49,304 bases of DNA. Origin: Dehalococcoidia bacterium (GTDB taxonomy: Bacteria > Chloroflexota > Dehalococcoidia > Dehalococcoidales > Fen-1064). The stretch lies in the NCBI GenBank assembly GCA_003162335.1, contig PMMG01000083.1:184-49487 (forward strand), read 5' to 3'. Below are positions 1 to 9,451 of the stretch, piece after piece. The notes below the pieces were generated by a model that saw nothing but the letters and a program-made list of their open reading frames with translations, was not told the origin of the DNA and searched no databases. Each line of letters begins with the position of its first letter. The first letter of the stretch is position 1. The position numbers and the translations under genes are program-made.

Positions 1-1425
1 GGTGGCTGAGGGAGCTGCACGCCCGCAGTTGTGCGGGCAAGTGTCGCTGCAGAGAAAGCCGGATTCCCCACGACTTCCATTGTGCTTAGCGGCTTTCTGG
101 GACAGGCTAAAACTGTCGCGCAAGCGCTGGGTATAAAAAACCTGGCCCTCGCTGAATATCCCGGTCTGGTAGCGATGGACAGTCCGGATGAATTGCGCCG
201 TAAGGTCACCGAAACCGTTGTTAAAAACATCATCTCCGGCTTCACGCGGCAGGTCGAAGATATCGGGCAGAGCAGAGAACCCAAACCGAGTGATATCATC
301 TTTACTGGCAATCTGGAGGAAGTCCAGGAGCATTTCCTTAAAAACTACTGGACGGACGGCCTGCCGGTGATTCCTCCCACGGTTGATAAAATTGAAAAAT
401 TCCTCCGATTTACCACGCGTAAGCCGGATGAAATTATTGGTAAATTGTTGCCGGAAAACCGGGAAGCGACGGTCTGGAATGTCGCGGTTAACGGCGTCAT
501 GGCCGGCTGCCGTCCCGAATATATGCCCATCTTATTATCTGTAGCCGAAGCCGTTGCCGACCCTGAATTCCGTATCCAGGACGCCGGCGCTACCCCTGGC
601 TGGGAACCGTTGATCATTTTGAACGGCCCCATTATCAAGCAATTAAACTTCAACTACGAGACCGGGGTGATGCGCTTCGGACGTCGGGCTAATACCAGCA
701 TCGGCCGTTTTCTGAAGCTATTTTTAATTAATATTGCCGGTTTGCGCATTCCGCCGGGACTGAGCGATAAAGCGACAATCGGCAGTGGTTTTCTTGTGGT
801 TTTACCGGAGAATGAGGATGCCGTCGCCGAAATAGGCTGGGAATCTTTCAGCATGTACCGCGGTTTTAAACGGGAAGATAATGTGGTCACCGTCCAGAGT
901 GTGGTTTACGAATCTTCCCCAATGGCCACCGGCGGCGAAAAAGCCGTCGACCACCTGCAAACGCTCTCTGAAGTTATCGGCGGCAGCATGGCGCCGTGGA
1001 CGCACGTGGCGTTGAACTGGGGGAAATTTTACCCGCTGATTGTTATTCCTCCGGGTGTCGCCCGATTCCTGGCCAAAGAAGGGGTCACCAAGAAGGACAT
1101 TAGGCGGTACTTATACGACCACACTAAAGTCTCGGTAAAATCAATGGAAAGGCTGGCCCATCACGGCGGTCTGACTTCTTTTTATGTCGATCAACTGGTA
1201 AAAGACGGCATTGCCCCGCCGGCATACGCGGAAACCAATGATCCTGACCGGATGGTACCGGTATTCCTGAGGCCGGAATGGATCGGCATCGTGGTCAGCG
1301 GCGACCCCGGCCGTACCCGCTGCCGTGGCTATGTGCAGAACCACGAACAGGGGCCGCCGGTCAGTAAAAAGATACAGCTCCCGGCAAATTGGGAAAACAG
1401 CCTGAATCCGCTGAATAAACTATAA
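1..1425 (+). CDS. UGSC-family selenoprotein fused to an uncharacterised C-terminal domain. It is 5'-partial (continues upstream of the window) and the in-frame UGA at 7..9 is read as selenocysteine. The track ORF 31..1425 is only the part after the first internal Met.
   Basis: Frame 1 is open from nt 1 apart from the TGA at 7..9, giving GG-U-GSCTPAVVRASVAAEKAGFPT... This aligns residue by residue with the region after the UGA of the free-standing gene 2281..2814 (U-GSCTTWCIHAAVALEKAGKPT...). The downstream domain (WTDGLPVIPPT...AVNGVMAGC...) is paralogous to the CDS 3719..4750. Confidence 0.6.
18..43 (+). promoter_or_regulatory. Candidate bacterial SECIS hairpin (mRNA structure) downstream of the UGA at 7..9.
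   Basis: CAC-GCCCGCA-GUUG-UGCGGGC-AA-GUG has a 7-bp upper stem, a GUUG apical loop, an AA bulge and a 3-bp lower stem. It starts 8 nt after the UGA and the upper stem begins 11 nt after it. Confidence 0.4.
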
Positions 1426-1534
1426 TTAAATTAGCCATTAAAGTTACACCCTCTTTCTATGCCCCTCCCATAAAAAGGGCGAGAGCGAGAGAGCGTGGAC
1501 AAACAGTTGAACGCTGCAACCAAGGAGCTTAAAA

Positions 1535-2266
1535 ATGCCAAATTACACAATCCATCCTATTGCCGTCTGCAAGGGCCCGCGCGATGGTTCGCATTTTACC
1601 TACCGCGCCAATTTCGGCGTGACAATTAACACTGCCTGTTATGCCTGGTATATCTCCGGTTCAACACAGAAAATCCTTGTCGATACCGGAGGCCGTGCCG
1701 CCACATTCCGCGAAAAAGGTGCGGAAGAAACTGATATTATTTCGGTCGAAGACGGGCTGGCGAAGCTCGGCGTCAAACCGGAAGAAATCGATATCGTCAT
1801 TCTCACTCATTTACACTGCGATCATGTGGAATTGGCTTATCTTTACAAAAATGCCCGGTTCATCGTGCAAAAAAAGGAACTGGATTACAGCAAAAATCCC
1901 CATCCCCTGGACGCCGATTTCTATGTGCCGCGTTATTGGGAAAAGATTAAATTTGATGTCATCAACGGCGACGCGAAGATTGAGCCCGGCCTTTCCGTTT
2001 TCCTCTCGCCGGGTCATTCTCCCGGCGGCCAATCCGTAGAAATCAAGACTGCTTCCGGCACAGCCGTTATTCCTGGTTTTTGCTGTGTTGGCGATACTTT
2101 TAAACAAACTCCGGCCATGAAACACCGCGGTTGGGAGGTAACCATTCCTTTAATTCACCAGAATGCGCTGGAAACCTATGATAGCGTCTTGAAAGTGAAA
2201 AAGAAAGCGGATATCATCCTTCCTTTACATGGCCCGGAATATATAGGCGTAGAAAAAGTATCCTGA
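1535..2266 (+). CDS. Metallo-beta-lactamase-fold hydrolase, lactonase-like.
   Basis: HLHCDH metal-binding motif; SPGHSPGG and the C-terminal LHGP are typical of MBL-fold proteins. An AAGGAG RBS sits upstream. Confidence 0.75.
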   Translation: MPNYTIHPIAVCKGPRDGSHFTYRANFGVTINTACYAWYISGSTQKILVDTGGRAATFREKGAEETDIISVEDGLAKLGVKPEEIDIVILTHLHCDHVELAYLYKNARFIVQKKELDYSKNPHPLDADFYVPRYWEKIKFDVINGDAKIEPGLSVFLSPGHSPGGQSVEIKTASGTAVIPGFCCVGDTFKQTPAMKHRGWEVTIPLIHQNALETYDSVLKVKKKADIILPLHGPEYIGVEKVS

Positions 2267-2280
2267 CGAGGTTTGAAACA

Positions 2281-2814
2281 ATGGCCGATATGATCGAGAT
2301 ATTTATTCCTACCGCTGAACCTAAGATTAAAAAGTTCGCCGTCAATTCCCGGCTGGCTAACCTCGATGGAGAGGTGTTAGGTTTTCTCTGGAATGAAAAG
2401 CCTAACGGCGATGTTTTATTGCGCCGTCTAAGGCAACAACTCACGCAAAAGTACAAACTGGGCGGTACCACCTGGGAGCAGATCGGTGGACTGCACGTCG
2501 ATGTCGACAAAGCGCCGGAAATAAAGAAAATCGCCGCTGCTGCGGATACGGTTATAATCGCGGTCTGTGACTGAGGGAGCTGTACGACGTGGTGTATCCA
2601 CGCCGCGGTTGCCCTGGAAAAGGCCGGTAAGCCTACTGTCACCATTTGCTCCAATAGATTTGAAATCCTGGCGCGCGCCACAGCCGGTGGCCTGGGTATG
2701 AAAGATATTCCACTGGTCATTGTGCCTCATCCCGTCGGCGGCATCAGTCCGGAAGAAGTCGAAGCTAAAGCTGATGTAATTCTGGATAAAGTTATTGCCC
2801 GGCTGGTTGCATAA
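2281..2814 (+). CDS. UGSC-family selenoprotein, free-standing (~177 aa), with UGA at 2572..2574 decoded as Sec. The track truncates it at 2574.
   Basis: The same frame continues after the TGA as ...IIAVCD-U-GSCTTWCIHAAVALEKAGKPTVTICSNRF...ARLVA* to a TAA at 2812..2814. The continuation is homologous to the 5' end of the first gene. A GAGGT RBS precedes the ATG. Confidence 0.6.
2585..2605 (+). promoter_or_regulatory. Candidate SECIS hairpin downstream of the UGA at 2572..2574.
   Basis: CGACGUGG-UGUAU-CCACGCCG forms an 8-bp stem with one A.C mismatch and a UGUAU loop. It starts 10 nt after the UGA. Confidence 0.35.
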
Positions 2815-2829
2815 ACGGCAAAGGAGCGG

Positions 2830-3681
2830 ATGCTATTGAATGCCATCGACAGGCTGCTGAAAGGTTCCATTGATATTCACGCGCATTATGGGCCGGACGC
2901 TGCCGCGAAAAGGAAAGTGGATGCGCTCGCGGGAGCGCAGCAGGCTGTTGCTACCGGTATGCGGGCGATCGTGCTGAAAAGCCACGAATATCCTACTGCG
3001 CCCCTTGCTTATACTATTACTCAAGCCGTGCCGGAAATATCGGTGTTCGGCAGCATCGCATTGAATTCTGAAACCGGCGGCTTAGATCCAGTTGTTGTGG
3101 AAACCTCTGCCAAATTAGGTGCTAAGGTTATTTGGATGCCCACTTTGAGTTCCAATTATGACTATTTGCATAAAAAGTTCAAAACAGGCGGCATCAGTAT
3201 CCTTGACGAAAAAGGCAAATTGCTGCCGGTTGTAGAAAAGATCCTGGGAATCGTTAAACAATATGATATCGTTGTTGCTACCGGTCATTTGCCAGTGAAT
3301 GAATGTTTTGTGTTAGTGGAAAAAGCCAGGGAGATGGGCCTGCGGAAAATCGTGGCCACGCATCCGCTCGGTTTCGAACTTAATACTTATTATACGATCG
3401 AGCAGCAGTGCCGGATTGCGGACATGGGTGCGATAGTGGAGTATTGTTTCGTTACTACCCTGCCGGAGGACGGCATGCCTGTACAAACGATGGTGGAGGC
3501 GATTAGAACGGTGGGTGTCGGACGCTGCCTGCTCAGTAGCGACCTCGGCCAGGCGCACAATCCACCGCCTGCCGAAGGAATGAAAATGATGATTGCCACA
3601 ATGCTCAGCGGCGGTCTAAGCGAAAAAGAAATCGAAATAATGGTGAAAATCAACCCGGCCCGGTTGCTCGGCCTGACTTAG
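2830..3681 (+). CDS. Metal-dependent TIM-barrel hydrolase, amidohydrolase-like.
   Basis: An N-terminal IDIHAHY metal-binding motif, plus internal His/Asp positions typical of the amidohydrolase superfamily. The AAGGAG RBS is only 3 nt from the ATG at 2830, so the in-frame TTG at 2836 is an alternative start. Confidence 0.55.
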   Translation: MLLNAIDRLLKGSIDIHAHYGPDAAAKRKVDALAGAQQAVATGMRAIVLKSHEYPTAPLAYTITQAVPEISVFGSIALNSETGGLDPVVVETSAKLGAKVIWMPTLSSNYDYLHKKFKTGGISILDEKGKLLPVVEKILGIVKQYDIVVATGHLPVNECFVLVEKAREMGLRKIVATHPLGFELNTYYTIEQQCRIADMGAIVEYCFVTTLPEDGMPVQTMVEAIRTVGVGRCLLSSDLGQAHNPPPAEGMKMMIATMLSGGLSEKEIEIMVKINPARLLGLT

Positions 3682-3718
3682 TCCGTGTTTAAGCTTCCCC
3701 GTTTTAAAAGAGGATAAT

Positions 3719-4750
3719 ATGGATCGTAAATATTTATCTGAAAAAATGCTGGTCGAAGATTCTTTCGAGGCGGTTAATAATTTGTTCATCGAAAAAGGGT
3801 GGAGCGACGGCTTACCGGTCATTCCACCCACTGTATCGGCTGTTGAGAAAATGCTATCGGGAACTAAAAGAGACCCATCTGAAATGTTGGCGAAAATACC
3901 TCCGTCATGGGGTGAAGCCTCAATCGAAAAAATTGCCGTCAATGCGGTCATGGCCGGGTGTTTGCCGGAATACCTGCCGGTGATTATCACCACGGTCGAA
4001 GCGATGTGTGACGAAAAATTCCGACTAGGGGAAATTCAACCAACCACTCATCCGGTGGCCCCGCTCATTGTCGTCAACGGTCCCATTGCCAAAAAGCTGG
4101 ATATCAATAGCAAAGCGGGAGCTTTCGGACCCTGCTGGCGGGCTAATGCCACCATCGGACGGGCAATCCGTTTGATTTTATTGAACATCGGCGGCGCATA
4201 CCCTGGCAAACTCGATTTAGCGACCCAGGGTCAACCCTGTAAATATACCTATTGCATCGCGGAGAACGAAGAGGATAGTCCGTGGGAACCTCTGCACGTG
4301 GAAAGAGGGTTCGCTGCCTTTGCTGGTACCGTTACTGTTGTGGCCGCGGAAAATCCCCATAATATTAACGAGCATGTCGGCATCAACGGCGAAGAGATTT
4401 TGACTTCCATCTGTAATGCCGTAATGAACACCGGTACCAACAACGTCCTGTTTCAGGAAGGTACGCCGGTCATCGCAATTTGCCCTGAGCATGCCGCGAC
4501 AATTGCCGCGAGCGGGTTTTCCAAGCAGGGTGTCCGTGACTACATTTACGAAAACAGTAAAATGCCGCTGAAACGTTTCTATCCGCGCCAGATCGATAAA
4601 TATTTCCCGGGCTGGGACGAAAACAGGCTTGTTCCGATCACAGCCCATAAAGAAGACCTCATCATCATTGTTGTCGGGGGCACCGGCAAACACTCCAGTT
4701 ATTTGCCTGCCTTTCTGCCGCCCTCCGTCACCAGGGAAATCAAGGAATAA
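3719..4750 (+). CDS. Uncharacterised protein, paralog of the C-terminal domain of the first (fused) UGSC selenoprotein.
   Basis: GWSDGLPVIPPTVSAVEKML...AVNAVMAGCLPEYLPVI...NGPIAKKLD...ANATIGRAIRLILLNIGG aligns with WTDGLPVIPPTVDKIEKFL...AVNGVMAGCRPEYMPIL...NGPIIKQLN...ANTSIGRFLKLFLINIAG of CDS 1..1425. An AAGAGGA RBS is present. Confidence 0.65.
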   Translation: MDRKYLSEKMLVEDSFEAVNNLFIEKGWSDGLPVIPPTVSAVEKMLSGTKRDPSEMLAKIPPSWGEASIEKIAVNAVMAGCLPEYLPVIITTVEAMCDEKFRLGEIQPTTHPVAPLIVVNGPIAKKLDINSKAGAFGPCWRANATIGRAIRLILLNIGGAYPGKLDLATQGQPCKYTYCIAENEEDSPWEPLHVERGFAAFAGTVTVVAAENPHNINEHVGINGEEILTSICNAVMNTGTNNVLFQEGTPVIAICPEHAATIAASGFSKQGVRDYIYENSKMPLKRFYPRQIDKYFPGWDENRLVPITAHKEDLIIIVVGGTGKHSSYLPAFLPPSVTREIKE

Positions 4751-4788
4751 AATTATTAAGCATAAATAGTTTCGGTATGGGGGCATCG

Positions 4789-5772
4789 ATGAAAATAGAT
4801 GTGTTCTGTCACATTGTCCCGCCCAAATATAAATCCGCCCTGGATAAAACTATCGGTACCGTGGCGATGGTTGATGTCCTGCCTACAATGTATGATATGG
4901 ATGCACGCTTCCGCATCATGGACAAAACTGAAGACCTGCGGCAGGTATTAACCGTCTCATTGCCTCCGCTGGAAACCGTACCGGACAGGAAAAAGGCAGT
5001 ATCGCTGGCTAAATTGGCCAACGACGAAATGGCCGAACTCGTACTTAAATATCCGGATAGATTCGCGGCCGCGATCGCCAGTTTGCCCATGAATGACATT
5101 GATGCCGCTTTGCGCGAAACAGACCGGGCGATAAATGATTTGAAATTTAAAGGCGTTCAGATTTTTACCCCCATGAATGACAAACCTCTCGATGCTCCAG
5201 AATTCTGGCCTTTGTATGAGAAAATGGCTAAATACGACCTGCCGATATTGATTCACCCGCACCGTGAATCTGACTATGCGGATTACCGCACGGAAAAAGA
5301 ATCCCTGTACAGCATGAACACATTATTAGGCTGGATCTATGAAACCTCCGCGGCGATGATCCGCTTAACTTACAGCGGGGTCATGGAAAAATACCCCGGG
5401 TTGAAGATTATTACTCACCATGCCGGCGCGATGATCCCATTTCTGGAACAACGAGTCCTGGATTTCGCCGATTTCGGTGAAAATCTGCTGAAATCCCATG
5501 TTAAACGGAACCTGGATAAACCCGTGATCGATTACCTGAAAATGTTTTACGTCGATACCGCTCTTTATGGCAACACTCCCGGTCTGATGTGCAGCTATGC
5601 GCTCTATGGTTCTGAACATATGCTGTTTGCCACAGACTTTCCCTATGATACTGAGTTCGGACTGAAGCACGACCGTGCGACTATCGCCGCTATCGAAAAA
5701 ATGGACATTAACGCCGCCGAAAAGAAAATGATATTTGAAGGTAATGCCCGCCGTTTGTTGCATCTGCCATGA
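4789..5772 (+). CDS. Amidohydrolase-2 family protein (ACMSD-like metal-dependent hydrolase/decarboxylase fold).
   Basis: An N-terminal IDVFCHI motif and a C-terminal ...MIFEGNARRLLHL end typical of PF04909-like proteins. The start is taken as the ATG at 4789, which has a GGGGG SD 6 nt upstream; the track's ATG at 4777 has none. Confidence 0.65.
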   Translation: MKIDVFCHIVPPKYKSALDKTIGTVAMVDVLPTMYDMDARFRIMDKTEDLRQVLTVSLPPLETVPDRKKAVSLAKLANDEMAELVLKYPDRFAAAIASLPMNDIDAALRETDRAINDLKFKGVQIFTPMNDKPLDAPEFWPLYEKMAKYDLPILIHPHRESDYADYRTEKESLYSMNTLLGWIYETSAAMIRLTYSGVMEKYPGLKIITHHAGAMIPFLEQRVLDFADFGENLLKSHVKRNLDKPVIDYLKMFYVDTALYGNTPGLMCSYALYGSEHMLFATDFPYDTEFGLKHDRATIAAIEKMDINAAEKKMIFEGNARRLLHLP

Positions 5773-5903
5773 TAGCCACGATACAGAGTCCTGCTTTACA
5801 AGAATAATGAGCGTTTATTTTACCCGTCGGATAATACGGTTCTGCATCTGGTCGACAGCGCTGAACCGGAGAGTAATCGCTGTCTCCATCACCGCGATAA
5901 AAA

Positions 5904-5933
5904 CTTGAGAGGGGCATTAATGCCCCTCTCAAG
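5904..5933. terminator. Bidirectional rho-independent terminator between the convergent amidohydrolase-2 (+) and flotillin (-) genes.
   Basis: A perfect 13-bp stem, CTTGAGAGGGGCA-TTAA-TGCCCCTCTCAAG. It is flanked by AAAAA on the + strand, which reads as a U-tract on the - strand. Confidence 0.7.
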
Positions 5934-5958
5934 TGTATCTTGGCTGAAAACTTTTAGT

Positions 5959-7773
5959 TTACTTCTTCTCCGGTGTTGCTGGTTTATCCTCCGCCAATTC
6001 TCTTGCGTATTTGGCCGTCAGCGCGCCGATCAGATTGCCGAACCCCCCACCGTCTCCCGAACCGCTGACCAGGGTCGTCGGTACGATCGGAATATTCTTT
6101 TCCGCCAACGCTTTGATCACGTTGACCAGTGTCGTTCCTTCTGCGCCCAGCGCCTGACGTTGTCTTTCGTAACCTTCTGCCAGACCGATACCTGTAGCCG
6201 CGTTGGTCTTCTGCAGGTAAGTCGCCTCACCCTCGGCCTCGCGCATTCTTGCGGTGGCCAGGTCGGTTTTAATGTCGATCTCCAGCTTGGCGTTAATTAC
6301 ATCTTTCTGCTTGGCTGCTCTCGCGGCTTTTTCCTGCACATCGATGTTCTTTTCCTGTGCCCGGGCTTGTTCCGCGAACTGCGTTTGCTGCTGCAAAGCG
6401 ATTTCTTTTTGTGTCTGTGTTTCCAGCAGCGATTCAGGAATATTGATGTAAGCCACCAGCAGGTTCTGTGCTTCTACGTTGTATTCCTCGAATACCGACC
6501 GCGCGTGCGCCAGTGCCTCTAACTGCAAAATTGTCCTGCTCTGGAAGAAATCGATTGCCTTTTTCTCCCCTGCCTTGTTTCTGAATGAACTATCGATCAG
6601 AGGATGGACGATCTGGTCGATCAGGTTATCCACCGAACCGAATCGGGCGATGATAAAGGCCGCGTTCTCCGGTTTGACCCTGATTACCATGCGGACATTC
6701 ACGTCCAATTGGAAACCATCCATCGATGTCACGCGTAAAGGATTAAATTTGTACAATACGCCTTCGCTGGGCACACCTTTCACATCGGTGCCGATTTTTC
6801 CTTCCCCGGCCCAGTCGATTGTCACAGCTGATGTCGGTACCATGTACGGTGTGTAGGCGATGGTGTTCAGGTTATATTTTCCCGGCGCTACCGGCTCCCG
6901 CCAGATACCGCGTGTATATTTGTTCGTAATCAGCAGCTTTTCCACCTCTTCGTGTACGGGTCCCTTCAAACTGGCCTGTTCTTCGGCAAGGCTTGGTTTG
7001 ACGGTTGATTTCTCTAATTCCGCGCCCACGTTGGATCGTATGACCGCCACGTAGCCCGGCGCAACTTCAGCGATCGGCGCCAGCGTTACTCTGAACAATG
7101 CGATATTAATGTAATATTGTCCCGGTTGGAGTGTTTCCAATTGCGGCCCACGGTAACCGCCGGCATTGATAAATTCCTGGCCGTTCTGATAGTGTTGATG
7201 GTTATATTTGTTATTTTCGTCTTCCGGTTCCGGTGCGATGACATAACCGTTCGGCAGTACTTTGCCATCTTCTGCTACTACCAGACCAACCTGATTTTTA
7301 TCAATCATTGTCGCATCCGCGACATTAATCTTGAACACTCTGGTATTGATACGGTAAGAACCCGGTCTAATCGTGTCAACCTGACCGCCGCGGTAGCCGC
7401 CGTTCTCCAGGAATTTTTGCGCATCCTGGAAAGAACTGCACTCTACCGCATCACCCAGTATCCGGTGCGCGGGCAGCGGTTGACCGTCGATCGATTCAAC
7501 GATTCCTATTTTACCGGGTGGAATGACGGTGATCTTGGCCTTTTCCCACTTCCAGAAAACCCAGAATTTCCAGTAAATGCCGGGCATCAGGACTCCAGCC
7601 TGCAAACCGTTTTCCCCTTTGCGTGCCACCACCGTTCCCTGCGGTAATTTGTTACCGGTCATCTTTTTCGTCAGGATGCCGACTTCGTTTGCCCCGATCA
7701 CGAAGATCCCTGGCAGAATGAAAATCAGGAAAAGCAAGACAACGATGGCAATCACGATAAATACTATTTGCAT
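5959..7773 (-). CDS. Flotillin-like SPFH/band-7 membrane protein (YqiK/FloT-like).
   Basis: An N-terminal TM helix, an SPFH domain, a long Ala/Glu/Gln-rich coiled-coil region (QEKAARAAKQKDV...REAEGEATYLQ) and a Gly-rich C-terminal tail. A GGGGGTG RBS is present. Confidence 0.8.
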   Translation of the reverse strand: MQIVFIVIAIVVLLFLIFILPGIFVIGANEVGILTKKMTGNKLPQGTVVARKGENGLQAGVLMPGIYWKFWVFWKWEKAKITVIPPGKIGIVESIDGQPLPAHRILGDAVECSSFQDAQKFLENGGYRGGQVDTIRPGSYRINTRVFKINVADATMIDKNQVGLVVAEDGKVLPNGYVIAPEPEDENNKYNHQHYQNGQEFINAGGYRGPQLETLQPGQYYINIALFRVTLAPIAEVAPGYVAVIRSNVGAELEKSTVKPSLAEEQASLKGPVHEEVEKLLITNKYTRGIWREPVAPGKYNLNTIAYTPYMVPTSAVTIDWAGEGKIGTDVKGVPSEGVLYKFNPLRVTSMDGFQLDVNVRMVIRVKPENAAFIIARFGSVDNLIDQIVHPLIDSSFRNKAGEKKAIDFFQSRTILQLEALAHARSVFEEYNVEAQNLLVAYINIPESLLETQTQKEIALQQQTQFAEQARAQEKNIDVQEKAARAAKQKDVINAKLEIDIKTDLATARMREAEGEATYLQKTNAATGIGLAEGYERQRQALGAEGTTLVNVIKALAEKNIPIVPTTLVSGSGDGGGFGNLIGALTAKYARELAEDKPATPEKK

Positions 7774-7977
7774 TTTTCACCCCCTTTTCATCAACGCTGA
7801 CTTTATCCTACTCAATCTAGTATTATTAGCCCGCATTTTGCAAATGTCAACTGATCGTCAGACTCATTTTATACCTATTCTAGTGGGTAGTGCACTCATG
7901 GAAAATTGAATAAATGGGAATAATGAGTCTCTAAGGAAATTCAAGAAGTGCATTTACCACTGATAGATGGTAATTCA

Positions 7978-8538
7978 TTACTTCGCGATTCTTCCGAACA
8001 GTGCCAGAAAAACCGTTGCTGATACCAGTAAAACCACTAATCCGATTAACGCAGAGGCTAAGATGGAATTATCCAGCACTTTTGAAAAGAATTGTCCGAC
8101 ACCAATACCGAGAATCACGGAAATCATGGAACCGCCAAATATCCCCACCGTGCGATTTACATGAGACGCGACTTTCTTTTTCAAACTGCTCGAATCATAA
8201 GCGCTGAATTCATTTTTAGTGACAGCGGTAACCAGCCGGAGAAATTCAGCGCTTAATAATTCTTCGGCAAACTGCTTTTCTGTGGGGTCAGTTTCCATTT
8301 CTATTTCCGCGGAGATATTGGCCGAGTTATCCTCATATGTAATGCGGATATTTGCAGTGCAGGCCCAGCGTTCGGGATCAAAATTGAAAATAGTGCCGAA
8401 CATGGAACCACGTTTAAATTTGAGGATGTGTCCGGACACAGGTAATTGCCGGTAACCGGATTGAGTCAGGAAACCTGTGACTCGCTCGATAGCGGTAGCC
8501 TCGGGAATAGAGGCTGAAAATGAACGTACTATTTTCAT
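7978..8538 (-). CDS. Hypothetical membrane protein with a soluble N-terminal domain and C-terminal TM helices, immediately upstream of the flotillin gene.
   Basis: Its ORF has two hydrophobic C-terminal helices (GIFGGSMISVILGIGVG...LIGLVVLLVSATVFLALF). No clear SD precedes it. It sits where NfeD-type flotillin partners usually sit, but with the reverse topology. Confidence 0.4.
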   Translation of the reverse strand: MKIVRSFSASIPEATAIERVTGFLTQSGYRQLPVSGHILKFKRGSMFGTIFNFDPERWACTANIRITYEDNSANISAEIEMETDPTEKQFAEELLSAEFLRLVTAVTKNEFSAYDSSSLKKKVASHVNRTVGIFGGSMISVILGIGVGQFFSKVLDNSILASALIGLVVLLVSATVFLALFGRIAK

Positions 8539-8655
8539 TTAAAAGCATTATACACTATTTGCGGAGGATAACAACCATCTATTTTCGACATCGATTATTT
8601 ATCCCGGAAATGTATAATATGCGGAAAAGCGGAGTGCATTCCGGTAATTATTTCT

Positions 8656-9231
8656 CTAATTCACTTTTTGCCAGGTCAAAATTTGCGTCAGATCTTTATC
8701 CTGATAAATTGCTGTTAATATACCGTCTTTCAATCTTAAATCGGTATAAACAATCGGGCGGGCGCTGGGGCCGTTGTCTTTCATCGTCAGCGCCCCGTTG
8801 CTGAATGTCCACTCTCCGGTATAATTGGTCGAACCGCCGTGGGTTTCATTAATATTTATCTTGTCGAACAAGAAAATATAGGCGTCCGGGCCGCTGGTGC
8901 CGTAAGTTCTGGTCTGTGTCATTCCGCTAATGTAATTGTCTATTTTTATCTCTGCCCAGGACCCCAGCAGTACACTGGAATCGGTTACCGGCACCCCGGA
9001 ACCGGATTTATTTATTGCGCTCGACGCCGTGGATATAGAAATAGCAGCTGTTTCTGCTGTTATCGATGTGGTTCTGGTGGTTGAAGTTTTCAAAGACGTA
9101 GCCGTTTGTGCAGTAGCGGCGCTGCTGCAGCCAAATGAAGTAAACAAAGTTGGAACAATCACAAGCATAATCACAATTAAGAAAGGATAAGGAGCCTGAT
9201 TATTTGTAGTTTTAAAAGAAGTCTGTTTCAT
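8656..9231 (-). CDS. Lipoprotein with a Thr/Ser-rich linker and a small beta-rich domain (lipocalin-like?).
   Basis: A signal peptide plus lipobox (LFTSFGC), followed by TTSITAETAAISISTASS. An AAGGAG RBS is present. Confidence 0.55.
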   Translation of the reverse strand: MKQTSFKTTNNQAPYPFLIVIMLVIVPTLFTSFGCSSAATAQTATSLKTSTTRTTSITAETAAISISTASSAINKSGSGVPVTDSSVLLGSWAEIKIDNYISGMTQTRTYGTSGPDAYIFLFDKININETHGGSTNYTGEWTFSNGALTMKDNGPSARPIVYTDLRLKDGILTAIYQDKDLTQILTWQKVN

Positions 9232-9451
9232 GATGATTTTCTCCTTAAATTTTTCCCTGACAGCAGATCCCGTGAAGCCTGCAAATAATCACCTATTGAA
9301 TGTCTTCGTAAAATGTGGCATATTTATCTCATTATACTTCTTGTATTATCGAATATACTTGAATAGTGATAAGCACAGTAATATCCGAGTATTATACGAT
9401 ATTTTATAGCCAAATAAAAAACACAGGATAAAACAAATCTGGAGGAAGAAA

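Noticed and set aside
2214-2730. Minus-strand ORFs (168 aa and 100 aa) spanning the UGSC UGA region.
   Set aside because: They are antisense to the UGSC selenoprotein gene. Sense-strand homology continues across the UGA, so the sense reading is the real one.
5708-6522. Two ORFs both starting MRGALMPLSS (5708..5932 minus and 5905..6522 plus).
   Set aside because: They mirror each other across the 13-bp-stem terminator palindrome at 5904..5933. The plus ORF is antisense to the flotillin gene.
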